Part shown: positions 11,801 to 25,329 of the stretch, one piece after another
Layout: each line of letters opens with the position of its first letter
Position numbering within the stretch: the stretch's first letter is position 1
Origin: Eledone cirrhosa
Lineage: Eukaryota
Direction: 5' to 3'
Assembly (NCBI GenBank): GCA_964016885.1
Contig: OZ024745.1
Coordinates: forward strand, 3,720,001-3,784,000
DNA length: 64,000 nucleotides
Notes under the pieces: model-generated
The model's input: only the letters and a program-made list of their open reading frames with translations
Databases searched by the model: none
Told to the model about the DNA's origin: nothing
Position numbers and translations under genes: made by a program

Positions 11801-14800
11801 ACCTGTCACCTGTCCCTAGTTCTGGTGTTCAGTCTAAACTACTAGAAACTGTTATAACCTGTCACCTGTCCCTAGTTCTGGTGTTCAGTCTAAACTACTA
11901 GAAACTGTTATAAGCTGTCACCTGTCCCTAGTTCTAGTGTTCAGTCTAAACTACTAGAAACTGTTATAAGCTGTCACCTGTCCCTAGTTCTGGTGTTCAG
12001 TCTAAACTACTAGAGACTGTTATAACCTGTCACCTGTCCCTAGTTCTGGTGTTCAGTCTAAACTACTAGAGACTGTTATAACCTGTCAGCTGTCCCTAGT
12101 TCTGGTGTTCAGTCTAAACTACTAGAGACTGTTATAACCTGTCACCTGTCCCTAGTTCTGGTGTTCAGTCTAAACTACTAGAGACTGTTATAACCTGTCA
12201 CCTGTCCCTAGTTCTGGTGTTCAGTCTAAACTACTAGAGACTGTTATAAGCTGTCACCTGTCCCTAGTTCTGGTGTTCAGTCTAAACTACTAGAGACTGT
12301 TATAACCTGTCACCTGTCCCTAGTTCTGGTGTTCAGTCTAAACTACTAGAAACTGTTATAACCTGTCACCTGTCCCTATTTCTGGTGTTCAGTCTAAACT
12401 ACTAGAGACTGTTATAACCTGTCACCTGTCCCTAGTTCTGGTGTTCAGTCTAAACTACTAGAAACTGTTATAACCTGTCACCTGTCCCTAGTTCTGGTGT
12501 TCAGTCTAAACTACTAGAAACTGTTATAACCTGTCACCTGTCCCTAGTTCTGGTGTTCAGTCTAAACTACTAGAGACTGTTATAACCTGTCACCTGTCCC
12601 TAGTTCTGGTGTTCAGTCTAAACTACTAGAGACTGTTATAACCTGTCACTAGTTCTGGTGTTCAGTCTAAACTACTAGAAACTGTTATAACCTGTCACTA
12701 GTTCTGGTGTTCAGTCTAAACTACTAGAAACTGTTATAACCTGTCACCTGTCCCTAGTTCCGGTGTTCAGTCTAAACTACTAGAGACTGTTATAACCTGT
12801 CACCTGTCCCTAGTTCTGGTGTTCAGGCTAAACTACTAGAGACTGTTATAACCTGTCACCTGTCCTTAGTTCTAGTGTTCAGTCTAAACTACTAGAGACT
12901 GTTATAACCGGTCACCTGTCCCTAGTTCTGGTGTTCAGGCTAAACTACTAGAGACTGTTATAACCTGTCACCTGTCCCTAGTTCTAGTGTTCAGTCTAAA
13001 CTACTAGAAACTGTTCTAACCTGTCACCTGTCCCTAGTTCTGGTGTTCAGTCTAAACTACTAGAAACTGTTCTAACCTGTCACCTGTCCCTAGTTCTGGT
13101 GTTCAGTCTAAACTACTAGAAACTGTTCTAACCTGTCACCTGTCCCTAGTTCTGGTGTTCAGTCTAAACTACTAGAAACTGTTCTAACCTGTCACCTGTC
13201 CCTAGTTCTGGTGTTCAGTCTAAACTACTAGAAACTGTTCTAACCTGTCACCTGTCCCTAGTTCTGATGTTCAGTCTAAACTACTAGAAACTGTTAGAAG
13301 CTGTCACCTGTCCCTAGTTCTGGTGTTCAGTCTAAACTACTAGAAACTGTTATAACCTGTCACCTGTCCCTAGTTCTGGTGTTCAGTCTAAACTACTAGA
13401 GACTGTTCTAACCTGTCACCTGTCCCTAGTTCTGGTGTTCAGTCTAAACTACTAGAGACTGTTATAACCTGTCACTAGTTCTGGTGTTCAGTCTAAACTA
13501 CTAGAGACTGTTATAACCTGTCACTAGTTCTGGTGTTCAGTCTAAACTACTAGAAACTGTTATAACCTGTCACCTGTCCCTAGTTCTGGTGTTCAGTCTA
13601 AACTACTAGAAACTGTTATAACCTGTCACCTGTCCCTAGTTCTGGTGTTCAGTCTAAACTACTAGAAACTGTTATAACCTGTCACCTGTCCCTAGTTCTG
13701 GTGTTCAGTCTAAACTACTAGAGACTGTTATAACCTGTCACCTGTCCCTAGTTCTGGTGTTCAGTCTAAACTACTAGAGACTGTTATAACCTGTCACTAG
13801 TTCTGGTGTTCAGTCTAAACTACTAGAAACTGTTATAACCTGTCACCTGTCCCTAGTTCTGGTGTTCAGTCTAAACTACTAGAAACTGTTATAACCTGTC
13901 ACCTGTCCCTAGTTCCGGTGTTCAGTCTAAACTACTAGAGACTGTTATAACCTGTCACCTGTCCCTAGTTCTGGTGTTCAGGCTAAACTACTAGAGACTG
14001 TTATAACCTGTCACCTGTCCTTAGTTCTAGTGTTCAGTCTAAACTACTAGAGACTGTTATAACCGGTCACCTGTCCCTAGTTCTGGTGTTCAGGCTAAAC
14101 TACTAGAAACTGTTATAAGCTGTCACCTGTCCCTAGTTCTGGTGTTCAGTCTAAACTACTAGAGACTGTTATAAGCTGTCACCTGTCCCTAGTTCTGGTG
14201 TTCAGTCTAAACTACTAGAGACTGTTATAACCTGTCACCTGTCCCTAGTTCTGGTGTTCAGTCTAAACTACTAGAGACTGTTATAACCTGTCAGCTGTCC
14301 CTAGTTCTGGTGTTCAGTCTAAACTACTAGAGACTGTTATAACCTGTCACCTGTCCCTAGTTCTGGTGTTCAGTCTAAACTACTAGAGACTGTTATAACC
14401 TGTCACCTGTCCCTAGTTCTGGTGTTCAGTCTAAACTACTAGAGACTGTTATAAGCTGTCACCTGTCCCTAGTTCTGGTGTTCAGTCTAAACTACTAGAG
14501 ACTGTTATAACCTGTCACCTGTCCCTAGTTCTGGTGTTCAGTCTAAACTACTAGAAACTGTTATAACCTGTCACCTGTCCCTATTTCTGGTGTTCAGTCT
14601 AAACTACTAGAGACTGTTATAACCTGTCACCTGTCCCTAGTTCTGGTGTTCAGTCTAAACTACTAGAAACTGTTATAACCTGTCACCTGTCCCTAGTTCT
14701 GGTGTTCAGTCTAAACTACTAGAAACTGTTATAACCTGTCACCTGTCCCTAGTTCTGGTGTTCAGTCTAAACTACTAGAGACTGTTATAACCTGTCACCT

Positions 14801-17800
14801 GTCCCTAGTTCTGGTGTTCAGTCTAAACTACTAGAGACTGTTATAACCTGTCACTAGTTCTGGTGTTCAGTCTAAACTTCTAGAAACTGTTATAACCTGT
14901 CACCTGTCCCTAGTTCTGGTGTTCAGTCTAAACTACTAGAAACTGTTATAACCTGTCACCTGTCCCTAGTTCCGGTGTTCAGTCTAAACTACTAGAGACT
15001 GTTATAACCTGTCACCTGTCCCTAGTTCTGGTGTTCAGGCTAAACTACTAGAGACTGTTATAACCTGTCACCTGTCCTTAGTTCTAGTGTTCAGTCTAAA
15101 CTACTAGAGACTGTTATAACCGGTCACCTGTCCCTAGTTCTGGTGTTCAGGCTAAACTACTAGAGACTGTTATAACCTGTCACCTGTCCCTAGTTCTAGT
15201 GTTCAGTCTAAACTACTAGAAACTGTTCTAACCTGTCACCTGTCCCTAGTTCTGGTGTTCAGTCTAAACTACTAGAAACTGTTCTAACCTGTCACCTGTC
15301 CCTAGTTCTGGTGTTCAGTCTAAACTACTAGAAACTGTTCTAACCTGTCACCTGTCCCTAGTTCTGGTGTTCAGTCTAAACTACTAGAAACTGTTCTAAC
15401 CTGTCACCTGTCCCTAGTTCTGGTGTTCAGTCTAAACTACTAGAAACTGTTCTAACCTGTCACCTGTCCCTAGTTCTGGTGTTCAGTCTAAACTACTAGA
15501 GACTGTTATAACCTGTCACCTGTCCCTAGTTCTGGTGTTCAGTCTAAACTACTAGAAACTGTTATAACCTGTCACCTGTCCCTATTTCTGGTGTTCAGTC
15601 TAAACTACTAGAAACTGTTATAAGCTGGCACCTGTCCCTAGTTCTGGTGTTCAGTCTAAACTACTAGAGACTGTTATAAGCTGTCACCTGTCCCTAGTTC
15701 TGGTGTTCAGTCTAAACTACTAGAGACTGTTATAACCTGTCACCTGTCCCTAGTTCTGGTGTTCAGTCTAAACTACTAGAAACTGTTATAACCTGTCACC
15801 TGTCCCTAGTTCTGGTGTTCAGTCTAAACTACTAGAAACTGTTATAAGCTGGCACCTGTCCCTAGTTCTGGTGTTCAGTCTAAACTACTAGAGACTGTTA
15901 TAAGCTGTCACCTGTCCCTAGTTCTGGTGTTCAGTCTAAACTACTAGAGACTGTTATAACCTGTCCCTAGTTCTGGTGTTCAGTCTAAACTACTAGAAAC
16001 TGTTATAACCTGTCACCTGTCCCTATTTCTGGTGTTCAGTCTAAACTACTAGAAACTGTTATAAGCTGGCACCTGTCCCTAGTTCTGGTGTTCAGTCTAA
16101 ACTACTAGAGACTGTTATAAGCTGTCACCTGTCCCTAGTTCTGGTGTTCAGTCTAAACTACTAGAGACTGTTATAACCTGTCACTAGTTCTGGTGTTCAG
16201 TCTAAACTACTAGAAACTGTTATAACCTGTCACCTGTCCCTAGTTCTGGTGTTCAGTCTAAACTACTAGAAACTGTTATAACCTGTCACCTGTCCCTAGT
16301 TCCGGTGTTCAGTCTAAACTACTAGAGACTGTTATAACCTGTCACCTGTCCCTAGTTCTGGTGTTCAGGCTAAACTACTAGAGACTGTTATAACCTGTCA
16401 CCTGTCCCTAGTTCTAGTGTTCAGTCTAAACTACTAGAAACTGTTCTAACCTGTCACCTGTCCCTAGTTCTGGTGTTCAGTCTAAACTACTAGAAACTGT
16501 TCTAACCTGTCACCTGTCCCTAGTTCTGGTGTTCAGTCTAAACTACTAGAAACTGTTCTAACCTGTCACCTGTCCCTAGTTCTGGTGTTCAGTCTAAACT
16601 ACTAGAAACTGTTCTAACCTGTCACCTGTCCCTAGTTCTGGTGTTCAGTCTAAACTACTAGAAACTGTTCTAACCTGTCACCTGTCCCTAGTTCTGATGT
16701 TCAGTCTAAACTACTAGAAACTGTTAGAAGCTGTCACCTGTCCCTAGTTCTGGTGTTCAGTCTAAACTACTAGAAACTGTTATAACCTGTCACCTGTCCC
16801 TAGTTCTGGTGTTCAGTCTAAACTACTAGAAACTGTTCTAACCTGTCACCTGTCCCTAGTTCTGGTGTTCAGTCTAAACTACTAGAGACTGTTATAAGCT
16901 GTCACCTGTCCCTAGTTCTGGTGTTCAGTCTAAACTACTAGAGACTGTTATAACCTGTCACTAGTTCTGGTGTTCAGTCTAAACTACTAGAAACTGTTAT
17001 AACCTGTCACCTGTCCCTAGTTCTGGTGTTCAGTCTAAACTACTAGAAACTGTTATAACCTGTCACCTGTCCCTAGTTCTGGTGTTCAGTCTAAACTACT
17101 AGAAACTGTTATAACCTGTCACCTGTCCCTAGTTCTGGTGTTCAGTCTAAACTACTAGAGACTGTTATAACCTGTCACCTGTCCCTAGTTCTGGTGTTCA
17201 GTCTAAACTACTAGAGACTGTTATAACCTGTCACTAGTTCTGGTGTTCAGTCTAAACTACTAGAAACTGTTATAACCTGTCACCTGTCCCTAGTTCTGGT
17301 GTTCAGTCTAAACTACTAGAAACTGTTATAACCTGTCACCTGTCCCTAGTTCCGGTGTTCAGTCTAAACTACTAGAGACTGTTATAACCTGTCACCTGTC
17401 CCTAGTTCTGGTGTTCAGGCTAAACTACTAGAGACTGTTATAACCTGTCACCTGTCCTTAGTTCTAGTGTTCAGTCTAAACTACTAGAGACTGTTATAAC
17501 CGGTCACCTGTCCCTAGTTCTGGTGTTCAGGCTAAACTACTAGAAACTGTTATAAGCTGTCACCTGTCCCTAGTTCTGGTGTTCAGTCTAAACTACTAGA
17601 GACTGTTATAAGCTGTCACCTGTCCCTAGTTCTGGTGTTCAGTCTAAACTACTAGAGACTGTTATAACCTGTCACCTGTCCCTAGTTCTGGTGTTCAGTC
17701 TAAACTACTAGAGACTGTTATAACCTGTCAGCTGTCCCTAGTTCTGGTGTTCAGTCTAAACTACTAGAGACTGTTATAACCTGTCACCTGTCCCTAGTTC

Positions 17801-19130
17801 TGGTGTTCAGTCTAAACTACTAGAGACTGTTATAACCTGTCACCTGTCCCTAGTTCTGGTGTTCAGTCTAAACTACTAGAGACTGTTATAAGCTGTCACC
17901 TGTCCCTAGTTCTGGTGTTCAGTCTAAACTACTAGAGACTGTTATAACCTGTCACCTGTCCCTAGTTCTGGTGTTCAGTCTAAACTACTAGAAACTGTTA
18001 TAACCTGTCACCTGTCCCTATTTCTGGTGTTCAGTCTAAACTACTAGAGACTGTTATAACCTGTCACCTGTCCCTAGTTCTGGTGTTCAGTCTAAACTAC
18101 TAGAAACTGTTATAACCTGTCACCTGTCCCTAGTTCTGGTGTTCAGTCTAAACTACTAGAAACTGTTATAACCTGTCACCTGTCCCTAGTTCTGGTGTTC
18201 AGTCTAAACTACTAGAGACTGTTATAACCTGTCACCTGTCCCTAGTTCTGGTGTTCAGTCTAAACTACTAGAGACTGTTATAACCTGTCACTAGTTCTGG
18301 TGTTCAGTCTAAACTTCTAGAAACTGTTATAACCTGTCACCTGTCCCTAGTTCTGGTGTTCAGTCTAAACTACTAGAAACTGTTATAACCTGTCACCTGT
18401 CCCTAGTTCCGGTGTTCAGTCTAAACTACTAGAGACTGTTATAACCTGTCACCTGTCCCTAGTTCTGGTGTTCAGGCTAAACTACTAGAGACTGTTATAA
18501 CCTGTCACCTGTCCTTAGTTCTAGTGTTCAGTCTAAACTACTAGAGACTGTTATAACCGGTCACCTGTCCCTAGTTCTGGTGTTCAGGCTAAACTACTAG
18601 AGACTGTTATAACCTGTCACCTGTCCCTAGTTCTAGTGTTCAGTCTAAACTACTAGAAACTGTTCTAACCTGTCACCTGTCCCTAGTTCTGGTGTTCAGT
18701 CTAAACTACTAGAAACTGTTCTAACCTGTCACCTGTCCCTAGTTCTGGTGTTCAGTCTAAACTACTAGAAACTGTTCTAACCTGTCACCTGTCCCTAGTT
18801 CTGGTGTTCAGTCTAAACTACTAGAAACTGTTCTAACCTGTCACCTGTCCCTAGTTCTGGTGTTCAGTCTAAACTACTAGAAACTGTTCTAACCTGTCAC
18901 CTGTCCCTAGTTCTGATGTTCAGTCTAAACTACTAGAAACTGTTAGAAGCTGTCACCTGTCCCTAGTTCTGGTGTTCAGTCTAAACTACTAGAAACTGTT
19001 ATAACCTGTCACCTGTCCCTAGTTCTGGTGTTCAGTCTAAACTACTAGAAACTGTTCTAACCTGTCACCTGTCCCTAGTTCTGGTGTTCAGTCTAAACTA
19101 CTAGAGACTGTTATAAGCTGTCACCTGTCC
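2890..19130. repeat. ~9.0-kb higher-order duplication (approx. 2890-10140 repeated at approx. 11885-19130; offset 8995 then 8988)
   Basis: Markers recur at fixed offset: aagc..ttctagtg 2941->11936 (8995), double 49-bp monomer 3651->12646 (8995), aaacttctag 5891->14879 and 9328->18316 (8988). 8988 = 162x56 - 12x7, and I counted 12 deletion monomers in that interval. Confidence 0.88.
4000..10300. repeat. 3437-bp (62-monomer) internal duplication, itself copied with the larger blocks
   Basis: aaacttctag at 5891/9328, 14879/18316 and 19429/22866; each pair is 3437 apart = 62x56 - 5x7 (deletion monomers near 6971, 7191, 7971, 8241, 9301). Boundaries approximate. Confidence 0.82.
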
Positions 19131-22100
19131 CTATTTCTGGTGTTCAGTCTAAACTACTAGAGACTGTTATAACCTGTCACCTGTCCCTAGTTCTGGTGTT
19201 CAGTCTAAACTACTAGAAACTGTTATAACCTGTCACCTGTCCCTAGTTCTGGTGTTCAGTCTAAACTACTAGAAACTGTTATAACCTGTCACCTGTCCCT
19301 AGTTCTGGTGTTCAGTCTAAACTACTAGAGACTGTTATAACCTGTCACCTGTCCCTAGTTCTGGTGTTCAGTCTAAACTACTAGAGACTGTTATAACCTG
19401 TCACTAGTTCTGGTGTTCAGTCTAAACTTCTAGAAACTGTTATAACCTGTCACCTGTCCCTAGTTCTGGTGTTCAGTCTAAACTACTAGAAACTGTTATA
19501 ACCTGTCACCTGTCCCTAGTTCCGGTGTTCAGTCTAAACTACTAGAGACTGTTATAACCTGTCACCTGTCCCTAGTTCTGGTGTTCAGGCTAAACTACTA
19601 GAGACTGTTATAACCTGTCACCTGTCCTTAGTTCTAGTGTTCAGTCTAAACTACTAGAGACTGTTATAACCGGTCACCTGTCCCTAGTTCTGGTGTTCAG
19701 GCTAAACTACTAGAGACTGTTATAACCTGTCACCTGTCCCTAGTTCTAGTGTTCAGTCTAAACTACTAGAAACTGTTCTAACCTGTCACCTGTCCCTAGT
19801 TCTGGTGTTCAGTCTAAACTACTAGAAACTGTTCTAACCTGTCACCTGTCCCTAGTTCTGGTGTTCAGTCTAAACTACTAGAAACTGTTCTAACCTGTCA
19901 CCTGTCCCTAGTTCTGGTGTTCAGTCTAAACTACTAGAAACTGTTCTAACCTGTCACCTGTCCCTAGTTCTGGTGTTCAGTCTAAACTACTAGAAACTGT
20001 TCTAACCTGTCACCTGTCCCTAGTTCTGGTGTTCAGTCTAAACTACTAGAGACTGTTATAACCTGTCACCTGTCCCTAGTTCTGGTGTTCAGTCTAAACT
20101 ACTAGAAACTGTTATAACCTGTCACCTGTCCCTATTTCTGGTGTTCAGTCTAAACTACTAGAAACTGTTATAAGCTGGCACCTGTCCCTAGTTCTGGTGT
20201 TCAGTCTAAACTACTAGAGACTGTTATAAGCTGTCACCTGTCCCTAGTTCTGGTGTTCAGTCTAAACTACTAGAGACTGTTATAACCTGTCACCTGTCCC
20301 TAGTTCTGGTGTTCAGTCTAAACTACTAGAAACTGTTATAACCTGTCACCTGTCCCTAGTTCTGGTGTTCAGTCTAAACTACTAGAAACTGTTATAAGCT
20401 GGCACCTGTCCCTAGTTCTGGTGTTCAGTCTAAACTACTAGAGACTGTTATAAGCTGTCACCTGTCCCTAGTTCTGGTGTTCAGTCTAAACTACTAGAGA
20501 CTGTTATAACCTGTCCCTAGTTCTGGTGTTCAGTCTAAACTACTAGAAACTGTTATAACCTGTCACCTGTCCCTATTTCTGGTGTTCAGTCTAAACTACT
20601 AGAAACTGTTATAAGCTGGCACCTGTCCCTAGTTCTGGTGTTCAGTCTAAACTACTAGAGACTGTTATAAGCTGTCACCTGTCCCTAGTTCTGGTGTTCA
20701 GTCTAAACTACTAGAGACTGTTATAACCTGTCACTAGTTCTGGTGTTCAGTCTAAACTACTAGAAACTGTTATAACCTGTCACCTGTCCCTAGTTCTGGT
20801 GTTCAGTCTAAACTACTAGAAACTGTTATAACCTGTCACCTGTCCCTAGTTCCGGTGTTCAGTCTAAACTACTAGAGACTGTTATAACCTGTCACCTGTC
20901 CCTAGTTCTGGTGTTCAGGCTAAACTACTAGAGACTGTTATAACCTGTCACCTGTCCCTAGTTCTAGTGTTCAGTCTAAACTACTAGAAACTGTTCTAAC
21001 CTGTCACCTGTCCCTAGTTCTGGTGTTCAGTCTAAACTACTAGAAACTGTTCTAACCTGTCACCTGTCCCTAGTTCTGGTGTTCAGTCTAAACTACTAGA
21101 AACTGTTCTAACCTGTCACCTGTCCCTAGTTCTGGTGTTCAGTCTAAACTACTAGAAACTGTTCTAACCTGTCACCTGTCCCTAGTTCTGGTGTTCAGTC
21201 TAAACTACTAGAAACTGTTCTAACCTGTCACCTGTCCCTAGTTCTGATGTTCAGTCTAAACTACTAGAAACTGTTAGAAGCTGTCACCTGTCCCTAGTTC
21301 TGGTGTTCAGTCTAAACTACTAGAAACTGTTATAACCTGTCACCTGTCCCTAGTTCTGGTGTTCAGTCTAAACTACTAGAAACTGTTCTAACCTGTCACC
21401 TGTCCCTAGTTCTGGTGTTCAGTCTAAACTACTAGAGACTGTTATAAGCTGTCACCTGTCCCTAGTTCTGGTGTTCAGTCTAAACTACTAGAGACTGTTA
21501 TAACCTGTCACTAGTTCTGGTGTTCAGTCTAAACTACTAGAAACTGTTATAACCTGTCACCTGTCCCTAGTTCTGGTGTTCAGTCTAAACTACTAGAAAC
21601 TGTTATAACCTGTCACCTGTCCCTAGTTCTGGTGTTCAGTCTAAACTACTAGAAACTGTTATAACCTGTCACCTGTCCCTAGTTCTGGTGTTCAGTCTAA
21701 ACTACTAGAGACTGTTATAACCTGTCACCTGTCCCTAGTTCTGGTGTTCAGTCTAAACTACTAGAGACTGTTATAACCTGTCACTAGTTCTGGTGTTCAG
21801 TCTAAACTACTAGAAACTGTTATAACCTGTCACCTGTCCCTAGTTCTGGTGTTCAGTCTAAACTACTAGAAACTGTTATAACCTGTCACCTGTCCCTAGT
21901 TCCGGTGTTCAGTCTAAACTACTAGAGACTGTTATAACCTGTCACCTGTCCCTAGTTCTGGTGTTCAGGCTAAACTACTAGAGACTGTTATAACCTGTCA
22001 CCTGTCCTTAGTTCTAGTGTTCAGTCTAAACTACTAGAGACTGTTATAACCGGTCACCTGTCCCTAGTTCTGGTGTTCAGGCTAAACTACTAGAAACTGT

Positions 22101-23680
22101 TATAAGCTGTCACCTGTCCCTAGTTCTGGTGTTCAGTCTAAACTACTAGAGACTGTTATAAGCTGTCACCTGTCCCTAGTTCTGGTGTTCAGTCTAAACT
22201 ACTAGAGACTGTTATAACCTGTCACCTGTCCCTAGTTCTGGTGTTCAGTCTAAACTACTAGAGACTGTTATAACCTGTCAGCTGTCCCTAGTTCTGGTGT
22301 TCAGTCTAAACTACTAGAGACTGTTATAACCTGTCACCTGTCCCTAGTTCTGGTGTTCAGTCTAAACTACTAGAGACTGTTATAACCTGTCACCTGTCCC
22401 TAGTTCTGGTGTTCAGTCTAAACTACTAGAGACTGTTATAAGCTGTCACCTGTCCCTAGTTCTGGTGTTCAGTCTAAACTACTAGAGACTGTTATAACCT
22501 GTCACCTGTCCCTAGTTCTGGTGTTCAGTCTAAACTACTAGAAACTGTTATAACCTGTCACCTGTCCCTATTTCTGGTGTTCAGTCTAAACTAATAGAGA
22601 CTGTTATAACCTGTCACCTGTCCCTAGTTCTGGTGTTCAGTCTAAACTACTAGAAACTGTTATAACCTGTCACCTGTCCCTAGTTCTGGTGTTCAGTCTA
22701 AACTACTAGAAACTGTTATAACCTGTCACCTGTCCCTAGTTCTGGTGTTCAGTCTAAACTACTAGAGACTGTTATAACCTGTCACCTGTCCCTAGTTCTG
22801 GTGTTCAGTCTAAACTACTAGAGACTGTTATAACCTGTCACTAGTTCTGGTGTTCAGTCTAAACTTCTAGAAACTGTTATAACCTGTCACCTGTCCCTAG
22901 TTCTGGTGTTCAGTCTAAACTACTAGAAACTGTTATAACCTGTCACCTGTCCCTAGTTCCGGTGTTCAGTCTAAACTACTAGAGACTGTTATAACCTGTC
23001 ACCTGTCCCTAGTTCTGGTGTTCAGGCTAAACTACTAGAGACTGTTATAACCTGTCACCTGTCCTTAGTTCTAGTGTTCAGTCTAAACTACTAGAGACTG
23101 TTATAACCGGTCACCTGTCCCTAGTTCTGGTGTTCAGGCTAAACTACTAGAGACTGTTATAACCTGTCACCTGTCCCTAGTTCTAGTGTTCAGTCTAAAC
23201 TACTAGAAACTGTTCTAACCTGTCACCTGTCCCTAGTTCTGGTGTTCAGTCTAAACTACTAGAAACTGTTCTAACCTGTCACCTGTCCCTAGTTCTGGTG
23301 TTCAGTCTAAACTACTAGAAACTGTTCTAACCTGTCACCTGTCCCTAGTTCTGGTGTTCAGTCTAAACTACTAGAAACTGTTCTAACCTGTCACCTGTCC
23401 CTAGTTCTGGTGTTCAGTCTAAACTACTAGAAACTGTTCTAACCTGTCACCTGTCCCTAGTTCTGATGTTCAGTCTAAACTACTAGAAACTGTTAGAAGC
23501 TGTCACCTGTCCCTAGTTCTGGTGTTCAGTCTAAACTACTAGAAACTGTTATAACCTGTCACCTGTCCCTAGTTCTGGTGTTCAGTCTAAACTACTAGAA
23601 ACTGTTCTAACCTGTCACCTGTCCCTAGTTCTGGTGTTCAGTCTAAACTACTAGAGACTGTTATAAGCTGTCACCTGTCC
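14581..23680. repeat. 4550-bp (82-monomer) tandem duplication, breakpoint near 19131
   Basis: ctatttctgg 14581->19131, aaacttctag 14879->19429 and 18316->22866. 4550 = 82x56 - 6x7. The only difference I noticed between copies is ctaataga near 22594. Confidence 0.88.
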
Positions 23681-25329
23681 CTAGTTCTGGTGTTCAGTCT
23701 AAACTACTAGAGACTGTTATAACCTGTCACTAGTTCTGGTGTTCAGTCTAAACTACTAGAAACTGTTATAACCTGTCACCTGTCCCTAGTTCTGGTGTTC
23801 AGTCTAAACTACTAGAAACTGTTATAACCTGTCACCTGTCCCTAGTTCCGGTGTTCAGTCTAAACTACTAGAGACTGTTATAACCTGTCACCTGTCCCTA
23901 GTTCTGGTGTTCAGGCTAAACTACTAGAGACTGTTATAACCTGTCACCTGTCCCTAGTTCTAGTGTTCAGTCTAAACTACTAGAGACTGTTATAACCGGT
24001 CACCTGTCCCTAGTTCTGGTGTTCAGGCTAAACTACTAGAGACTGTTATAACCTGTCACTAGTTCTAGTGTTCAGTCTAAACTACTAGAAACTGTTCTAA
24101 CCTGTCACCTGTCCCTAGTTCTGGTGTTCAGTCTAAACTACTAGAAACTGTACTAACCTGTCACCTGTCCCTAGTTCTGGTGTTCAGTCTAAACTACTAG
24201 AAACTGTTCTAACCTGTCACCTGTCCCTAGTTCTGGTGTTCAGTCTAAACTACTAGAAACTGTTCTAACCTGTCACCTGTCCCTAGTTCTGGTGTTCAGT
24301 CTAAACTACTAGAAACTGTTCTAACCTGTCACCTGTCCCTAGTTCTGATGTTCAGTCTAAACTACTAGAAACTGTTAGAAGCTGTCACCTGTCCCTAGTT
24401 CTGGTGTTCAGTCTAAACTACTAGAAACTGTTATAACCTGTCACCTGTCCCTAGTTCTGGTGTTCAGTCTAAACTACTAGAAACTGTTCTAACCTGTCAC
24501 CTGTCCCTAGTTCTGGTGTTCAGTCTAAACTACTAGAAACTGTTCTAACCTGTCACCTGTCCCTAGTTCTGGTGTTCAGTCTAAACTACTAGAAACTGTT
24601 CTAACCTGTCACCTGTTCCTAGTTCTGGTGTTCAGTCTAAACTACTAGAAACTGTTCTAACCTGTCACCTGTCCCTAGTTCTGGTGTTCAGTCTAAACTA
24701 CTAGAAACTGTTATAACCTGTCACCTGTCCCTAGTTCTGGTGTTCAGTCTGAACTACTAGAAACTGTTATAACCTGTCACCTGTCCCTAGTTCTGGTGTT
24801 CAGTCTAAACTACTAGAAACTGTTCTAACCTGTCACCTGTCCCTAGTTCTGGTGTTCAGTCTAAACTACTAGAGACTGTTATAACCTGTCACCTGTCCCT
24901 AGTTCTGGTGTTCAGTCTAAACTACTAGAGACTGTTATAACCTGTCACCTGTCCCTAGTTCTGGTGTTCAGTCTAAACTACTAGAGACTGTTATAACCTG
25001 TCACCTGTCCCTAGTTCTGGTGTTCAGTCTAAACTACTAGAGACTGTTATAACCTGTCACCTGTCCCTAGTTCTGGTGTTCAGTCTAAACTACTAGAGAC
25101 TGTTATAAGCTGTCACCTGTCCCTAGTTCTGGTGTTCAGTCTAAACTACTAGAGACTGTTATAACCTGTCACCTGTCCCTAGTTCTGGTGTTCAGTCTAA
25201 ACTACTAGAAACTGTTATAACCTGTCACCTGTCCCTATTTCTGGTGTTCAGTCTAAACTACTAGAGACTGTTATAACCTGTCACCTGTCCCTAGTTCTGG
25301 TGTTCAGTCTAAACTACTAGAAACTGTTA

